This document shows positions 46,874 to 56,961 of a DNA stretch of 64,000 nt, in pieces. The stretch lies in contig JAJDXO010000024.1 of NCBI GenBank assembly GCA_022823235.1, positions 10,280-74,279 on the forward strand, given 5' to 3'. The notes under the pieces were generated by a model. It did no database searches, had not been told where the DNA came from, and saw only the letters and a list, made by a program, of their open reading frames with translations. The first letter of the stretch is position 1, and each line of letters starts with the position of its first letter. Both the position numbers and the translations under genes were made by a program. Source of the DNA: Rhodospirillales bacterium. Lineage in GTDB: Bacteria; Pseudomonadota; Alphaproteobacteria; Rhodospirillales; UBA2165.

Positions 46874-48513
46874 CGTCCGACAACGACATCGAGGATTTGA
46901 TCCGGATTGTCCGGCTCGGTATCGCCGCGCCACGCCACGTGCTGATCGGGGCGGATGAGCGCCAGCGGCTTTTCGTAAAGCGCCAGCAAGCCCGGCTCGG
47001 TTACGTCCACGACCGTCATCGGAATACCACGATCCGCCGCGGCTTTCTCAATTCCCTCCACCGGCGGCGGGTTCTCACCCATGCGCAACAGGGTGAACCC
47101 GGGACCGAAGCGGTCGAACAACGACTCCCGGTCTTCAATCCAGTAGTGGGGCGCCCGCCCGCCGGGCGTAGCCGAGGGCACGTAGGCTTTCGGGTCATCG
47201 GGCGGCGGTGCTGTGCCGTCATCGACGATGATCGGCGAGCCGTCATACCGGGCCCCGAGCTGAATACCCAGGCTGGCGAATTCTTCGCGAAAGGTGTCCA
47301 CCTCGTTGGCGAATTCGGCCCGTTCGGCCTCCCCTTCCGGCGAGTCCTCTTCGATGCGGGGTGGTATCTCGAGATTGGCGATTTTTTCGGCGAGGTTGCC
47401 GGATTCCGTGGTGTTGCGCACGCCGATGGGCCGGCGTTCCGCTTCGTAGCTATCGAGCAATTCGGCCCCGCCCCAGCCGTGGTGAACGGCGGCCAGCTTC
47501 CAGGCCAGGTTCGCGGCATCGTCCATGCCCGTGTTGAAGCCGAATCCGCCCGAAGGCGTGAACAGGTGAACCGAGTCGCCGGCGAGCAAAATCCGCCCCG
47601 ACTGATAGTGATCCAGCACCAGGGCGAGCCCGGCCCACCATTCCTGGACGGATACGACCTCGGCATCCACATCGGCCCCGATGGTCGTGTGAAACAGCTC
47701 CCGGATGTCGATGTCGCCGATGTCCGCGTCCTTGTCGATATGGGCAAGAATGACGAACTCCCCCCGGCAATCGAGGGAGATGCAGTCGAACCGCCGGTCG
47801 GAGTTGATCGTCAGGTAGTGCCATCCGACGGGCATGGTCAAAATGTCGTAGACCTTCGGCGCGCGGAGATAGATCGAGAGCATGCGCCCGTCATAAAAGT
47901 CGGTGCCGGACGATGAGCGGCCGCCGTACTTGAAACCGAGCGTCCGGCGGATCATTCCATTCCCGCCATCGCATCCGATCATGTAGCCGGCCCGGACGGC
48001 TTTGGTCCCGCCGGTGGAAATTTCCTCTATTTCAGCCTCGACAAAGCCGTCGCCCTGCTCGAATTCGTTCATCCGCCAGCTGAAGCGCAAATCGGCGGTC
48101 GGGTGCATTTCGGCGTGCCGCCGCAATACCGGCTCGAGATAGAACTGATTGCAGCGATGAATGGGTTCGGGCGTCAGCAGCGTCGGGCCCCACGGTCCCG
48201 GGTTGCCGACTTTCTCGTCGGTGCTGGGCATCTCGATCCTGCCCAGTTCGTACCCGTTGAACCGGGTCAGATAGACGATATCGGTCGGATGATCCGGCGG
48301 AACGCCGATCCGCCGCAGCTCGGCCGCGACGCCAAGACGACGCAAGTGCTCCATCGACCTTGCGTTGACCGTACTGCCCTTGGGGTGGGCCGACGTCGTT
48401 TCCTTGGCGTCGACAAGCAGAAACGGGACGTCCTTTACGCCCAGCTCGACGGCGAGGAACAGGCCTACCGTCCCGCCGCCAACGATCAGTACAGGTGTCT
48501 CGATGTCCGCCAT
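46870..48513 (-). CDS. FAD-dependent monooxygenase (PheA/TfdB-like), paralogue 1
   Basis: GGGTVG, IGCDGG, GDSVHLFTPSGGFGFNTG and LIRPDQHVAWRG. Confidence 0.88.
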   Translation of the reverse strand: MADIETPVLIVGGGTVGLFLAVELGVKDVPFLLVDAKETTSAHPKGSTVNARSMEHLRRLGVAAELRRIGVPPDHPTDIVYLTRFNGYELGRIEMPSTDEKVGNPGPWGPTLLTPEPIHRCNQFYLEPVLRRHAEMHPTADLRFSWRMNEFEQGDGFVEAEIEEISTGGTKAVRAGYMIGCDGGNGMIRRTLGFKYGGRSSSGTDFYDGRMLSIYLRAPKVYDILTMPVGWHYLTINSDRRFDCISLDCRGEFVILAHIDKDADIGDIDIRELFHTTIGADVDAEVVSVQEWWAGLALVLDHYQSGRILLAGDSVHLFTPSGGFGFNTGMDDAANLAWKLAAVHHGWGGAELLDSYEAERRPIGVRNTTESGNLAEKIANLEIPPRIEEDSPEGEAERAEFANEVDTFREEFASLGIQLGARYDGSPIIVDDGTAPPPDDPKAYVPSATPGGRAPHYWIEDRESLFDRFGPGFTLLRMGENPPPVEGIEKAAADRGIPMTVVDVTEPGLLALYEKPLALIRPDQHVAWRGDTEPDNPDQILDVVVGR

Positions 48514-48636
48514 GAAGGTGTTCGTAGTGGTTTTCGGTCCGGATAGGCAAGCCCACAGCTTCGCTGTCCGACGGCGACTCTGTCAACGGGACCGGCGGCC
48601 GAAAACCGCCAACCGGCGTATGTCGGACGGTTTGCA

Positions 48637-48661
48637 CCCTCTCCCGCAGGGAGGGAGAGGG
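48637..48661. repeat. REP-like palindrome or hairpin downstream of the multicopper oxidase
   Basis: ccctctccc-N7-gggagaggg, a perfect 9-bp inverted repeat of a common alphaproteobacterial REP type. Confidence 0.55.
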
Positions 48662-48692
48662 AGTAGCCGCGTTGCCGCATCGAGGCCAGACC

Positions 48693-50231
48693 CTAAACCA
48701 CCTCGACGGCCTGCATCATGCCCAAATCCTCGTGGCGCAGTATGTGGCAATGAATGACGAACTTCCCTCTGAATTTCCTGAAGTTTGTCTTGAAGGTGAC
48801 CGAACCGGGTTGGCCGCGCCGCCGGACCGGCAGGGCGATCGTGTCCTGCCAACGGCGCAGCGGGGAGTCGATTGCCAGCTCCACGCCGTCGAAATGGGTC
48901 ACGAAAAACGGATTTACGTGGATATGGTAGGGATGTACGCCGTTTGTGTTGTTTTGAACCGTCCATTCCTCCGACTCGCCCAGTTTCATGGTTTGCCGGA
49001 TTTGGCCCGAATAAGCCTCTCCGTCGATCCGAAAACCCGGTCCGAATGTTATGGTTCTCTTTTTCAGTTGGTGATCGTCAAAACCCGGCAGTCCCGGTCC
49101 GGGGCCCGGCAGGGTGTCGTCCCCGGACCATTCATGGTCGACCGGGCGGCCCGCGATGCGGACCGCAAGCTGGACCGGTACGGTATCCGTCAAGACGCCG
49201 TCCAAATGGAGAAAATGGGCGAGCGAGCGCAGCGCCGAAACCATCGTCAGTCCGGTTGCCGCATCGGGGGGAACGCGCGCCATAAGGTCCATGCGATTGC
49301 CCGGTGACAGGGCCGCCGGGTTCAGCCACGGCGGTTCGCGTCCGGTGGATTGGACTCTATGGCGTTTCGGCAGGGTAATCCCGTCAAAGGCGATCTGGTG
49401 GAGTTCGAGGCCGGGATGGCTCGAGGAAATGTGAACGAACGACTCCGCCGTCGTCGCCGCGTTTATGATGCGCCATCTCTGAACTTCCCCCGGCCTCATG
49501 GTGATTGTCGGATCGAACTCGCCGCCGCCCGCGGGATCCACCCTGACCAATCCGCGATTGGTGATCATGAAAATCTGCTCGGCCGCGTTTTCGATATAGC
49601 CCGGCATCGCGCCGGGGCGGTCCTTGACGATCAGGGGGCCGAACAGCCCGCGGCCGACCTGCCGGTTTGTCGAGCCGTGCTTGTGCGCGTGGTACCAAAA
49701 GGTTCCGCTGGGATGGTCCGCCGGAATTTCGAAGCGGTACCTTGTTTCGTACCGGCGAAATTCCGGCGAGTCGCAGTTCAGCCTCTGTTCCCGCGGGACC
49801 ACCTGAAGGAACATGTTGTCGGCATCGTACCGGCCGCTGGAATCGGTGGTCGGAGACACATGCAGACCATGGGTATGGAGGTTCGTCGTATTCAGGCCGT
49901 GAAAGGCGTTGTGGTCGGAAACGCAGTCATCGTCGAGAGCGGGAAGGCTGTTGGTCAGGCGCACGTCCAGCGGCTCTCCCGGACTGGCATGGATGGTCGG
50001 TCCCGGAGACTTCCCGTTGTAGGCATAGCCGCGCCCATCCCGGCCCACGTCCAGATGAAAACCGGCAAAGCCGGTTTGTTCGCCATTCCCGTTTGCCGCG
50101 GTAGCCAAACCGTTCACGCCGGGTGTGGCGGACGCCGCGGCGGCGCCCAACGTCGCGCCCGACCATCCCAGTAATTTTCGGCGGCTTATCTTCCGGCCGC
50201 CTCTTTCGCGCGCCACGTTATCGATTCCCAA
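48693..50231 (-). CDS. Tat-exported multicopper oxidase; start uncertain
   Basis: SRRKLL Tat motif; all four Cu motifs present: HTHG, WYHAH, HPYHIH and HCHILRHEDLGM. Confidence 0.9.
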   Translation of the reverse strand: MGIDNVARERGGRKISRRKLLGWSGATLGAAAASATPGVNGLATAANGNGEQTGFAGFHLDVGRDGRGYAYNGKSPGPTIHASPGEPLDVRLTNSLPALDDDCVSDHNAFHGLNTTNLHTHGLHVSPTTDSSGRYDADNMFLQVVPREQRLNCDSPEFRRYETRYRFEIPADHPSGTFWYHAHKHGSTNRQVGRGLFGPLIVKDRPGAMPGYIENAAEQIFMITNRGLVRVDPAGGGEFDPTITMRPGEVQRWRIINAATTAESFVHISSSHPGLELHQIAFDGITLPKRHRVQSTGREPPWLNPAALSPGNRMDLMARVPPDAATGLTMVSALRSLAHFLHLDGVLTDTVPVQLAVRIAGRPVDHEWSGDDTLPGPGPGLPGFDDHQLKKRTITFGPGFRIDGEAYSGQIRQTMKLGESEEWTVQNNTNGVHPYHIHVNPFFVTHFDGVELAIDSPLRRWQDTIALPVRRRGQPGSVTFKTNFRKFRGKFVIHCHILRHEDLGMMQAVEVV

Positions 50232-50435
50232 CCTGTCCGCGTGACCTACCTGAACCGTTTCCGCCCAAACGGCGGCAATTGGAAATTCCGTCGCCTGCCA
50301 ATTCCCCCCTTGCGCCGGCGTCGGACCGAACTAAATGAATAGGCAAGTGCCGCTCCCTCACCGGGGCGGCGTTCTGCGTATTGGAAGGGAGCCATGCAAA
50401 TTTGTACGAACCAAATGGGGGGTACCTCCCAACCG

Positions 50436-50475
50436 GATGTCATCAAATGTCCATGAATGTCCATGAATGTCCATC
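50436..50475. repeat. 10-bp tandem repeat in a divergent promoter region
   Basis: aatgtccatg, aatgtccatg, aatgtccatc at 50446-50475, plus degenerate gatgtcatca at 50436-50445. Confidence 0.7.
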
Positions 50476-50720
50476 CGCCCGAAAACAGTCATTTTTTGGG
50501 AATTGAATGATTTCAACGACTTGGCGGTATGCGCCCGGTGCATGGCTCGCGCCTCTGGTACCGGTCTCCGGGCGGCTTGACCTTTTGCGGGAAGCCTATG
50601 ACTAATTACGCGCCTTTGCCGCACGCCTTGGACAGGATGGCGCCTGGGGCGCGGTTTCACGCCTGACGGATCACCGATCTCGTCTCGATAGAAGTATTCG
50701 CGGCTGCAGGGAGAACTGAT

Positions 50721-51923
50721 ATGGCCTATCCGGAATTGGGGACAACGGGAAAAAATTATGCCGGGGAGAAGCTGCTCGAGGATCTTCAGGCGCTGGTTCC
50801 CGCCTTGCTGGACCGGGCGGGAGAAGCGGAGGAATCCGGCAGAATCCCCGAGGAAACCATTGACGACCTCAAGCGCATCGACGCGTTCAAGGCGGTCGTC
50901 CCATCGGCCTATGGCGGCCTGGAGGCCGACTATCCGGTGATCCCCCAGATTTTCCGCGTCCTGGGTCGCGGATGCACGTCGACGGCTTGGTGCATGGGAT
51001 TTCTGATCTTTCACAATTTTCAGTTCGGGTTCTTTCCCAAGGAAGCGCAGGAAGAAGTCTGGAGCGGGAAGGGCTACACGATGGCGCCGGGCCAGGTGAT
51101 GCCCAGCGGCGAGGCCATCCCGGAAGACGGCGGGTATCGGCTCTCCGGGCGCTGGGGCTATGCCACCGGCATTCTGCATGGGGACTGGATGCTGCTGAGC
51201 GCACCGGTGAAATTGGACGAGGGCAACGTCGATGTGCGCCGCTTCTATCTGCCTGTCGAGGACGTAAATCTCCTCGACACCTGGCACGTTTCCGCCATGA
51301 AGGCCACCGGCAGCCACGACGTCACCTTGGAGGACGTATTCGTGCCCGCTTACCGCAGTGTCCCGGCCGGCGCGATGCGCGACGGAACCGCGGAAGGGCT
51401 CAAACACATGAACGGCCCGTTGTGGAAGATGCCGCTCCTCACCTACATGATCTTTGGCGGCGTCGCGCCGATGATCGGCGCCGCGGAAACCCTCTTCGAA
51501 ATGGTCAGCGAAATTCTCTCGACGAAGGTCGGCGCCTATTCGGGAGAGAAACAGGCGGGTCTCACCACGCAAAGGGTCAGGATGGCGCGGCTGCGCATGG
51601 AACTCGAAGCGACCATCGGGCTTTGGGAGGATAGAATGGACTTCGCCTGGAACACCGTCGTCGAAGACGGAAGCCTCACCCGGGAACAGAGGGCCGAGAT
51701 GCGCATGGTCATCGTCCATGTCGCCCGAAAATGCACCGAGATCGTCAATGAATTGACGGTGGTTGCGGGCTCGCGGGGAACATTCATGGCGTCGCCGATC
51801 CAGCGGTTTCATCGCGACGTGACGTCATTGGCGACCCATGCGGTCCATGACTTCGACCATGTCGCAAACCTCTTTGGCGGAAGATTTCTCGGTGTCGATC
51901 TCCCCGAAAACGCGATGATTTGA
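50721..51923 (+). CDS. Acyl-CoA-dehydrogenase-fold two-component flavin monooxygenase (HsaA/HpaH-C2-like)
   Basis: LSGRWGYATG, WHVSAMKATGSHDV and IQRFHRDV...H. Confidence 0.85.
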   Translation: MAYPELGTTGKNYAGEKLLEDLQALVPALLDRAGEAEESGRIPEETIDDLKRIDAFKAVVPSAYGGLEADYPVIPQIFRVLGRGCTSTAWCMGFLIFHNFQFGFFPKEAQEEVWSGKGYTMAPGQVMPSGEAIPEDGGYRLSGRWGYATGILHGDWMLLSAPVKLDEGNVDVRRFYLPVEDVNLLDTWHVSAMKATGSHDVTLEDVFVPAYRSVPAGAMRDGTAEGLKHMNGPLWKMPLLTYMIFGGVAPMIGAAETLFEMVSEILSTKVGAYSGEKQAGLTTQRVRMARLRMELEATIGLWEDRMDFAWNTVVEDGSLTREQRAEMRMVIVHVARKCTEIVNELTVVAGSRGTFMASPIQRFHRDVTSLATHAVHDFDHVANLFGGRFLGVDLPENAMI

Positions 51924-51946
51924 CGGGCGCCGGTTAGGAGACAATC

Positions 51947-53008
51947 ATGCGATTTCAGCAAACCGGCCTGCTGCACCACGACCCGGCCCGGTCGTATTCC
52001 GGATTCACCACGATCACCCCGTTCCGGCATCCGAGTTGCTATCTGGTCGACATGGCCGGTGAGACGGTCCACCAATGGGACCTGCCGGGGGCGCTCGGGT
52101 CCAAGGCTTATCTTCTCCCCGGCGGCAACCTGCTCTGCTCGGTCGCGACCGATGAAGGCGCGCCGCTCAAGGCGGCCAAGGGCGGGCGTATCCTGGAGCT
52201 GGATTGGGACGGCAATGTGGTCTGGGAGCATGTCGACCATGATCAGCACCACGACCTGCGCCGCCTCGAAAACGGCAACACCCTCTACATCGCATGGGAG
52301 GAACTGACCGGCGAAGAAATCTCCCGCGTCAAGGGCGGCGTCGCCGGTACGGAGCGGGACGGCAAGATCTATGGCGATGTGTTCCGCGAGGTCACGCCCT
52401 CGGGCGACGTGGCGTGGGAATGGCGGCTGGCCGACGTCGACCTGGACAAATACCCGCTTGCCGAAGACTGCCAGCGAGAGGAATGGGCGCACGCCAATTC
52501 CTGCGCGCCCGCCAACGACGGCAACTTCCTGTTCAACTTCCGCCATCTCGATCTCATGATGATCGTCGACCGCGGCACGAAGGAGATCATTTGGGAGCAG
52601 CGGGACCGCAGCTGGGGTCACCAGCACAATCCGGAAATGCTCGAGAACGGCAACATCACCTTCTTCGCCAACGGCATGAACAATCTCTACCAGCCGGTTC
52701 ACTCCCGCGCCATGGAGCTGGACCCGCGAACCGGAGAGATCACGTGGTTTTATCGCGATCCCCAAAGTTGGTGTTTCTTCAGCCCCGTGATGGGCGGCGT
52801 GCAGCGTCTGCCCAACGGCAACACGCTCATAAACGAGGCCGTCACCGGCCGGTTCTTCGAAGTGACCCATGAGGGCGACATGGTTTGGGAGTTCATAAAT
52901 CCCTACTTCCTGGAAGTCCCGGTCTTCGATGCGCCCTGCAACGCCTGCTTCCGGGCCTATCGGTACGCGCCCGACTCGCCGGAAATCGGCGGGCGATTGG
53001 GCGGGTGA
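51947..53008 (+). CDS. Arylsulfate sulfotransferase (ASST)-like beta-propeller with no signal peptide
   Basis: QHHDLRRLENGNTL, WAHANS, HQHNPE and VQRLPNGNTLINE. Confidence 0.75.
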   Translation: MRFQQTGLLHHDPARSYSGFTTITPFRHPSCYLVDMAGETVHQWDLPGALGSKAYLLPGGNLLCSVATDEGAPLKAAKGGRILELDWDGNVVWEHVDHDQHHDLRRLENGNTLYIAWEELTGEEISRVKGGVAGTERDGKIYGDVFREVTPSGDVAWEWRLADVDLDKYPLAEDCQREEWAHANSCAPANDGNFLFNFRHLDLMMIVDRGTKEIIWEQRDRSWGHQHNPEMLENGNITFFANGMNNLYQPVHSRAMELDPRTGEITWFYRDPQSWCFFSPVMGGVQRLPNGNTLINEAVTGRFFEVTHEGDMVWEFINPYFLEVPVFDAPCNACFRAYRYAPDSPEIGGRLGG

Positions 53009-53072
53009 CGATGCTTCCAGGTTCGGTGATTGGAGATTGTCGAAATTCGAAGACCGATGAGGTCGGCTGAAA

Positions 53073-54722
53073 ATGGCTGAAACGAGGACGCCAATTCTCA
53101 TCGCCGGAGGCGGACCGGTCGGCCTGTGTCTGGCCATGGAGCTTGGATGGCACGGCGTGAGCTTCATTCTGGTAAACGAACGGCCGGGCACGGCGACCCA
53201 TCCCAAGGGAGGCACGATCAACAGCCGCTCCATGGAACACATGCGGCGCCTTAGGGTTGCGCCTGAACTCCGCGGGACCGGACTGCCGCTCGATCACCCG
53301 ACGGACAGCTGCTACGTAACCCGGCTGGCGGGGTTCGAGATCGGCAGGTTGCCCATGCCGTCGACCAGGGAAAAAATGTCCGACCCGGGGCCCTGGGGAG
53401 AGACGCGCCTTACGCCGGAGCCCATGCACCGCTGCAATCAGATGTACTTCGAACCGATAATGCGGCGTCACGCGGAATCGTTTGACGGTACGGATATCCG
53501 ATTCGGCCGGCGCCTGCTGTCCTTCGACGACGACGGAGATGCCGTCACCGCAACCATCGAGGACGTGGAGACCGGCGAACTCGAAACGGTGGTTTGCGAT
53601 TACCTGGTGGGATGCGATGGCGGGCAAAGTCTCGTCCGCAAACAGCTCGGCTTCAAATACCAGGGCCGCAGCAGTTCGGGCGACAAGTTCTTCGACGGGA
53701 GAATGCTGTCGATATTCGTCCGCGCCCCGGAGATCGTCGACGCGCTTACCATGCCGATCGCCTGGCACTATTGGACCATGAACTCGGAAAGGCGGGTGGA
53801 TGTCATCACCTTGGATGGCGAGGGCGAATACATCATGCTGGCGGAAATACCGGTAGACATCCCATTGGAGCGGATTGATGCGGACGCCATCGTCAGAAAC
53901 ACCATCGGCGCGGACACTCCCTTCGAGGTCGTCTCGGCAAACGAGTGGACGGCAGGTGTTGCGCTGGTCACCGACCACTATCAAAAAGGACGCGTCCTCT
54001 TGGCTGGAGACGCGGTCCATCTCTTCACGCCGACCGGGGGATTTGGTTTCAACACCGGGATTGACGACGTCGCCAACCTTGGCTGGAAATTGGCCGCGGT
54101 CGTCAACGGGTGGGCGCCGCCCGATATTCTCGACACCTACGAGATCGAGCGCCGCCCGGTCGGCGTCCGCAATACCTCGGCTTCCGGTGACTATGCAAAC
54201 ACCGTTGGCGCTTTGAAATATCCCGAATATATCGATGAGGACAGTGATCGAGGATCGGGCGCCCGGGAGGAACTGCGCAATTATCTCGAAACCACCTTCA
54301 AGGAAGAGTTTGCGAGTATGGGAATCGTTCTTGGTTCCCGCTATGACGATTCACCCTTGATCGTGAGCGACGGCACCTCTCCGCCTGCCGGGAGCAGGGC
54401 CAAATACACACCGAGCGCCTGTCCCGGGGGGCGCGCTCCCCACTTCTGGATTGATGACCGCCTCTCGCTGTATGACCAATTCGGAAAGGGCTTCACCTTG
54501 CTGCGGATTGGCGACGAGGCTCCGGAAACGGGGGCCTGGGAGTCCGCGGCCGAGGAGTTCGGTATGCCGCTCAAGACATATACGCTCGAAGACAGTCGTG
54601 CGCTTGACCTGTACGAAGCGCCGCTGGCATTGATCCGCCCGGATCAGCACGTCGCGTGGCGGGGTGAAGGCGGCGACCCCTCGGGAATTCTCGGACAGGC
54701 CGCCGCTATAAGCCGGAATTAG
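53073..54722 (+). CDS. FAD-dependent monooxygenase (PheA/TfdB-like), paralogue 2
   Basis: GGGPVG, VGCDGG, GDAVHLFTPTGGFGFNTG and LIRPDQHVAWRG. Confidence 0.88.
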   Translation: MAETRTPILIAGGGPVGLCLAMELGWHGVSFILVNERPGTATHPKGGTINSRSMEHMRRLRVAPELRGTGLPLDHPTDSCYVTRLAGFEIGRLPMPSTREKMSDPGPWGETRLTPEPMHRCNQMYFEPIMRRHAESFDGTDIRFGRRLLSFDDDGDAVTATIEDVETGELETVVCDYLVGCDGGQSLVRKQLGFKYQGRSSSGDKFFDGRMLSIFVRAPEIVDALTMPIAWHYWTMNSERRVDVITLDGEGEYIMLAEIPVDIPLERIDADAIVRNTIGADTPFEVVSANEWTAGVALVTDHYQKGRVLLAGDAVHLFTPTGGFGFNTGIDDVANLGWKLAAVVNGWAPPDILDTYEIERRPVGVRNTSASGDYANTVGALKYPEYIDEDSDRGSGAREELRNYLETTFKEEFASMGIVLGSRYDDSPLIVSDGTSPPAGSRAKYTPSACPGGRAPHFWIDDRLSLYDQFGKGFTLLRIGDEAPETGAWESAAEEFGMPLKTYTLEDSRALDLYEAPLALIRPDQHVAWRGEGGDPSGILGQAAAISRN

Positions 54723-55689
54723 GATCGGCCGACCAGCCGAACGCCTCTTGGGGGAACAGCTCTTCGAGCGGCATGAGTCTGCCGGTCATGCCCTGCTGGT
54801 GAACATACCCGGCCATGGTTTCCAGATTCTTCCTGTTGATATCTGTCAGACCGTAGGACCAGGGGTCCGGTCCAAGGAGTTCCCGCTGTTCCTCCCAGGC
54901 GCTCTGGTACCAGGCCAGCGGCACGATGCGCGGATTGGCCATCCGCCTGTAGTTGATCCGCTTGGCCTCCTCGAAGGCGTCCATCAGGCTTTTGACCACC
55001 CAGGGGTTTTCCTCGACGATCTCTTCCCTGATGGTCGTCACGTGCATGATCGGAAAGATGCCGGTTTTCCGGTAGTAGGCGATCTCGATTTCCTTGTAGT
55101 CGGGAAACAGACGCCCGACACGGGGATCCCGCTCGCGGATACCCCGGGGGACGTCGGGGGAAATCATGGCATCGAGCTCGCCGGTGAGCAGCATCTCGTC
55201 CAGGTCCCGGCCATCGGCAATCCGCTCCACCGTCAGGCCTTCGTGATAGTCGAAGTCGCCGTCTTCGCCGCGCTCGGTGACCCAGGTGATCGACGCATGG
55301 GGAACCCCGTAGTCGTTTTCCAGGATACCCCGCACCCAGATGTTGCCGGCGGGTCCGAAGTTGGTGCCGCCGACGCGCCTGCCGATCAAATCCTTCGGTT
55401 CATTGATTCCCTTCGACGTGTTGACGAAAGCGAAGCCGTGGCGGAACCGGCGGTGGAGATAGACCGGCAGCGCCGTCACCGGGCGGCCGCGGCTGCGGTC
55501 GGCCATATAGGCGCCGGCATTGAATTCGCCGACATCGTACTCGCCTCCGGCGACCCGCTGGTGGATTTCGCGAGCGCCCGGAAACTCGGGAAACTCCAGA
55601 TCGATGCCGTCCGGCCTGACCGTGCCGTCCTTGAGCGCACGGACACTCTCGTAGTCGCCGGTCTGAATGGTCAGCTTCAAATTGGCCAT
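54706..55689 (-). CDS. 4,5-dihydroxyphthalate decarboxylase family protein
   Basis: LKLTIQTGDY...LKDGTVRPDGIDL, LPVYLHRRFRH, GIFPIMH and DPWSYG. Confidence 0.75.
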   Translation of the reverse strand: MANLKLTIQTGDYESVRALKDGTVRPDGIDLEFPEFPGAREIHQRVAGGEYDVGEFNAGAYMADRSRGRPVTALPVYLHRRFRHGFAFVNTSKGINEPKDLIGRRVGGTNFGPAGNIWVRGILENDYGVPHASITWVTERGEDGDFDYHEGLTVERIADGRDLDEMLLTGELDAMISPDVPRGIRERDPRVGRLFPDYKEIEIAYYRKTGIFPIMHVTTIREEIVEENPWVVKSLMDAFEEAKRINYRRMANPRIVPLAWYQSAWEEQRELLGPDPWSYGLTDINRKNLETMAGYVHQQGMTGRLMPLEELFPQEAFGWSADPNSGL

Positions 55690-55778
55690 GGCCCGTCCGC
55701 CGGCCCATCGGCCGGCCCTGGTATCTCCACGTCAGAGCCTATCGGAATTGCAAAAGCCCAAGTAATGGAAAATCCTCT

Positions 55779-56927
55779 ATGATCCATAAGAATTGGTTTC
55801 GGGTCGGAAAGATGAATCACCAGGACAGACTGCGGCTCCTTCAGGGCCTAATGGATGCGGACGGACTTGAGGCCATAATTGCGCTCTCGAATGCCGACCA
55901 TCACGTCGACTGGGGGGATAGCGTTGCGCTGATCAACGGTGTGAAGCCCCTTGGTCCGAGCCTGTCGGTGCTGGAGAAGGACGGCGGGACCCGCCTGGTC
56001 GTTTCTCCCCGCTGGGACGTCGAGCGGGCCCGGACCCACGCTCACGCCGCCAAGGTGGAAGGGGTTTCCGATCTGGGCGCCGCCTTGCCGAATTTGCTCG
56101 ACGGCCTCGGGTCGGCCAGGCGGGTCGGCATCGCCAATCTCTCCGGCATGCCCCATGGGTTCGCAGACAGCCTGCTGAGTATATTGCCGAATGCCGTGGT
56201 CGACGTGACGGCGCTCGTCTTCGACGCCGCGGCGCGGAAAACGGATGAGGAATTGGAAAACGCGCGCAAGGCGACGGAAATCGCCGAACGCGGATATCGT
56301 CACCTGCTCGAAGTAGCCAGACCGGGAATCCCGGAGTGCCGGATGGCGGCCGAAATCAAGGCGATAACCAGGGAACTCGGGGCGGACGACAATTTCATGA
56401 TGTTTCACGCCGAGGGTCATCCGCACGCCGTTCAGCCCTCCGGAGAGCGGGAATTCGAGGCGGGCGATTTGATATTGGCAGAGATCACCCCGAGCTATGG
56501 CGGCCAGTTCACGCAGATCTGCCGAACCGCCTGCCTGGGTGAGGCGACCGATACCCAACACGAGAAGTACGAACTAGTCGCGGCGGCGATGAATAACGGG
56601 ATCGGCAAGGCCGCCGCCGGAGCGGCGATGAAGGAAATCTGCATGGGCATCGATGACGTCCTTCGCGAGGCCGGGTACGGCGCGTATTGCGAACCGCCCC
56701 ACATGAACCGCCGCGGGCACGGGCTCGGCAGCACATCGGTCGCGCCCGGGAACGTCGCGCTGAACAACGAAACCATATTGGAGCCGGGGATGTTCTTTGT
56801 GGTTCACCCGAACCAGTACATTCCCGAAGTAGGATACCTCCTGTGCGGCGAGCCGATAGCGATCACCGATGGCGCGCCGGAGGTTTTGACCGAAGAGCGG
56901 GCGAAATTGGGAACCATATCGATTTGA
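55779..56927 (+). CDS. M24 (pita-bread / creatinase) fold protein 1; start may be 55812
   Basis: RKTDEELEN, QICRT, RGHGLG and GEPIAIT; metal ligand set non-canonical. Confidence 0.78.
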   Translation: MIHKNWFRVGKMNHQDRLRLLQGLMDADGLEAIIALSNADHHVDWGDSVALINGVKPLGPSLSVLEKDGGTRLVVSPRWDVERARTHAHAAKVEGVSDLGAALPNLLDGLGSARRVGIANLSGMPHGFADSLLSILPNAVVDVTALVFDAAARKTDEELENARKATEIAERGYRHLLEVARPGIPECRMAAEIKAITRELGADDNFMMFHAEGHPHAVQPSGEREFEAGDLILAEITPSYGGQFTQICRTACLGEATDTQHEKYELVAAAMNNGIGKAAAGAAMKEICMGIDDVLREAGYGAYCEPPHMNRRGHGLGSTSVAPGNVALNNETILEPGMFFVVHPNQYIPEVGYLLCGEPIAITDGAPEVLTEERAKLGTISI

Positions 56928-56961
56928 CCGGTTCGGGGCCGGCCCATCGGGGGAAGACCGA

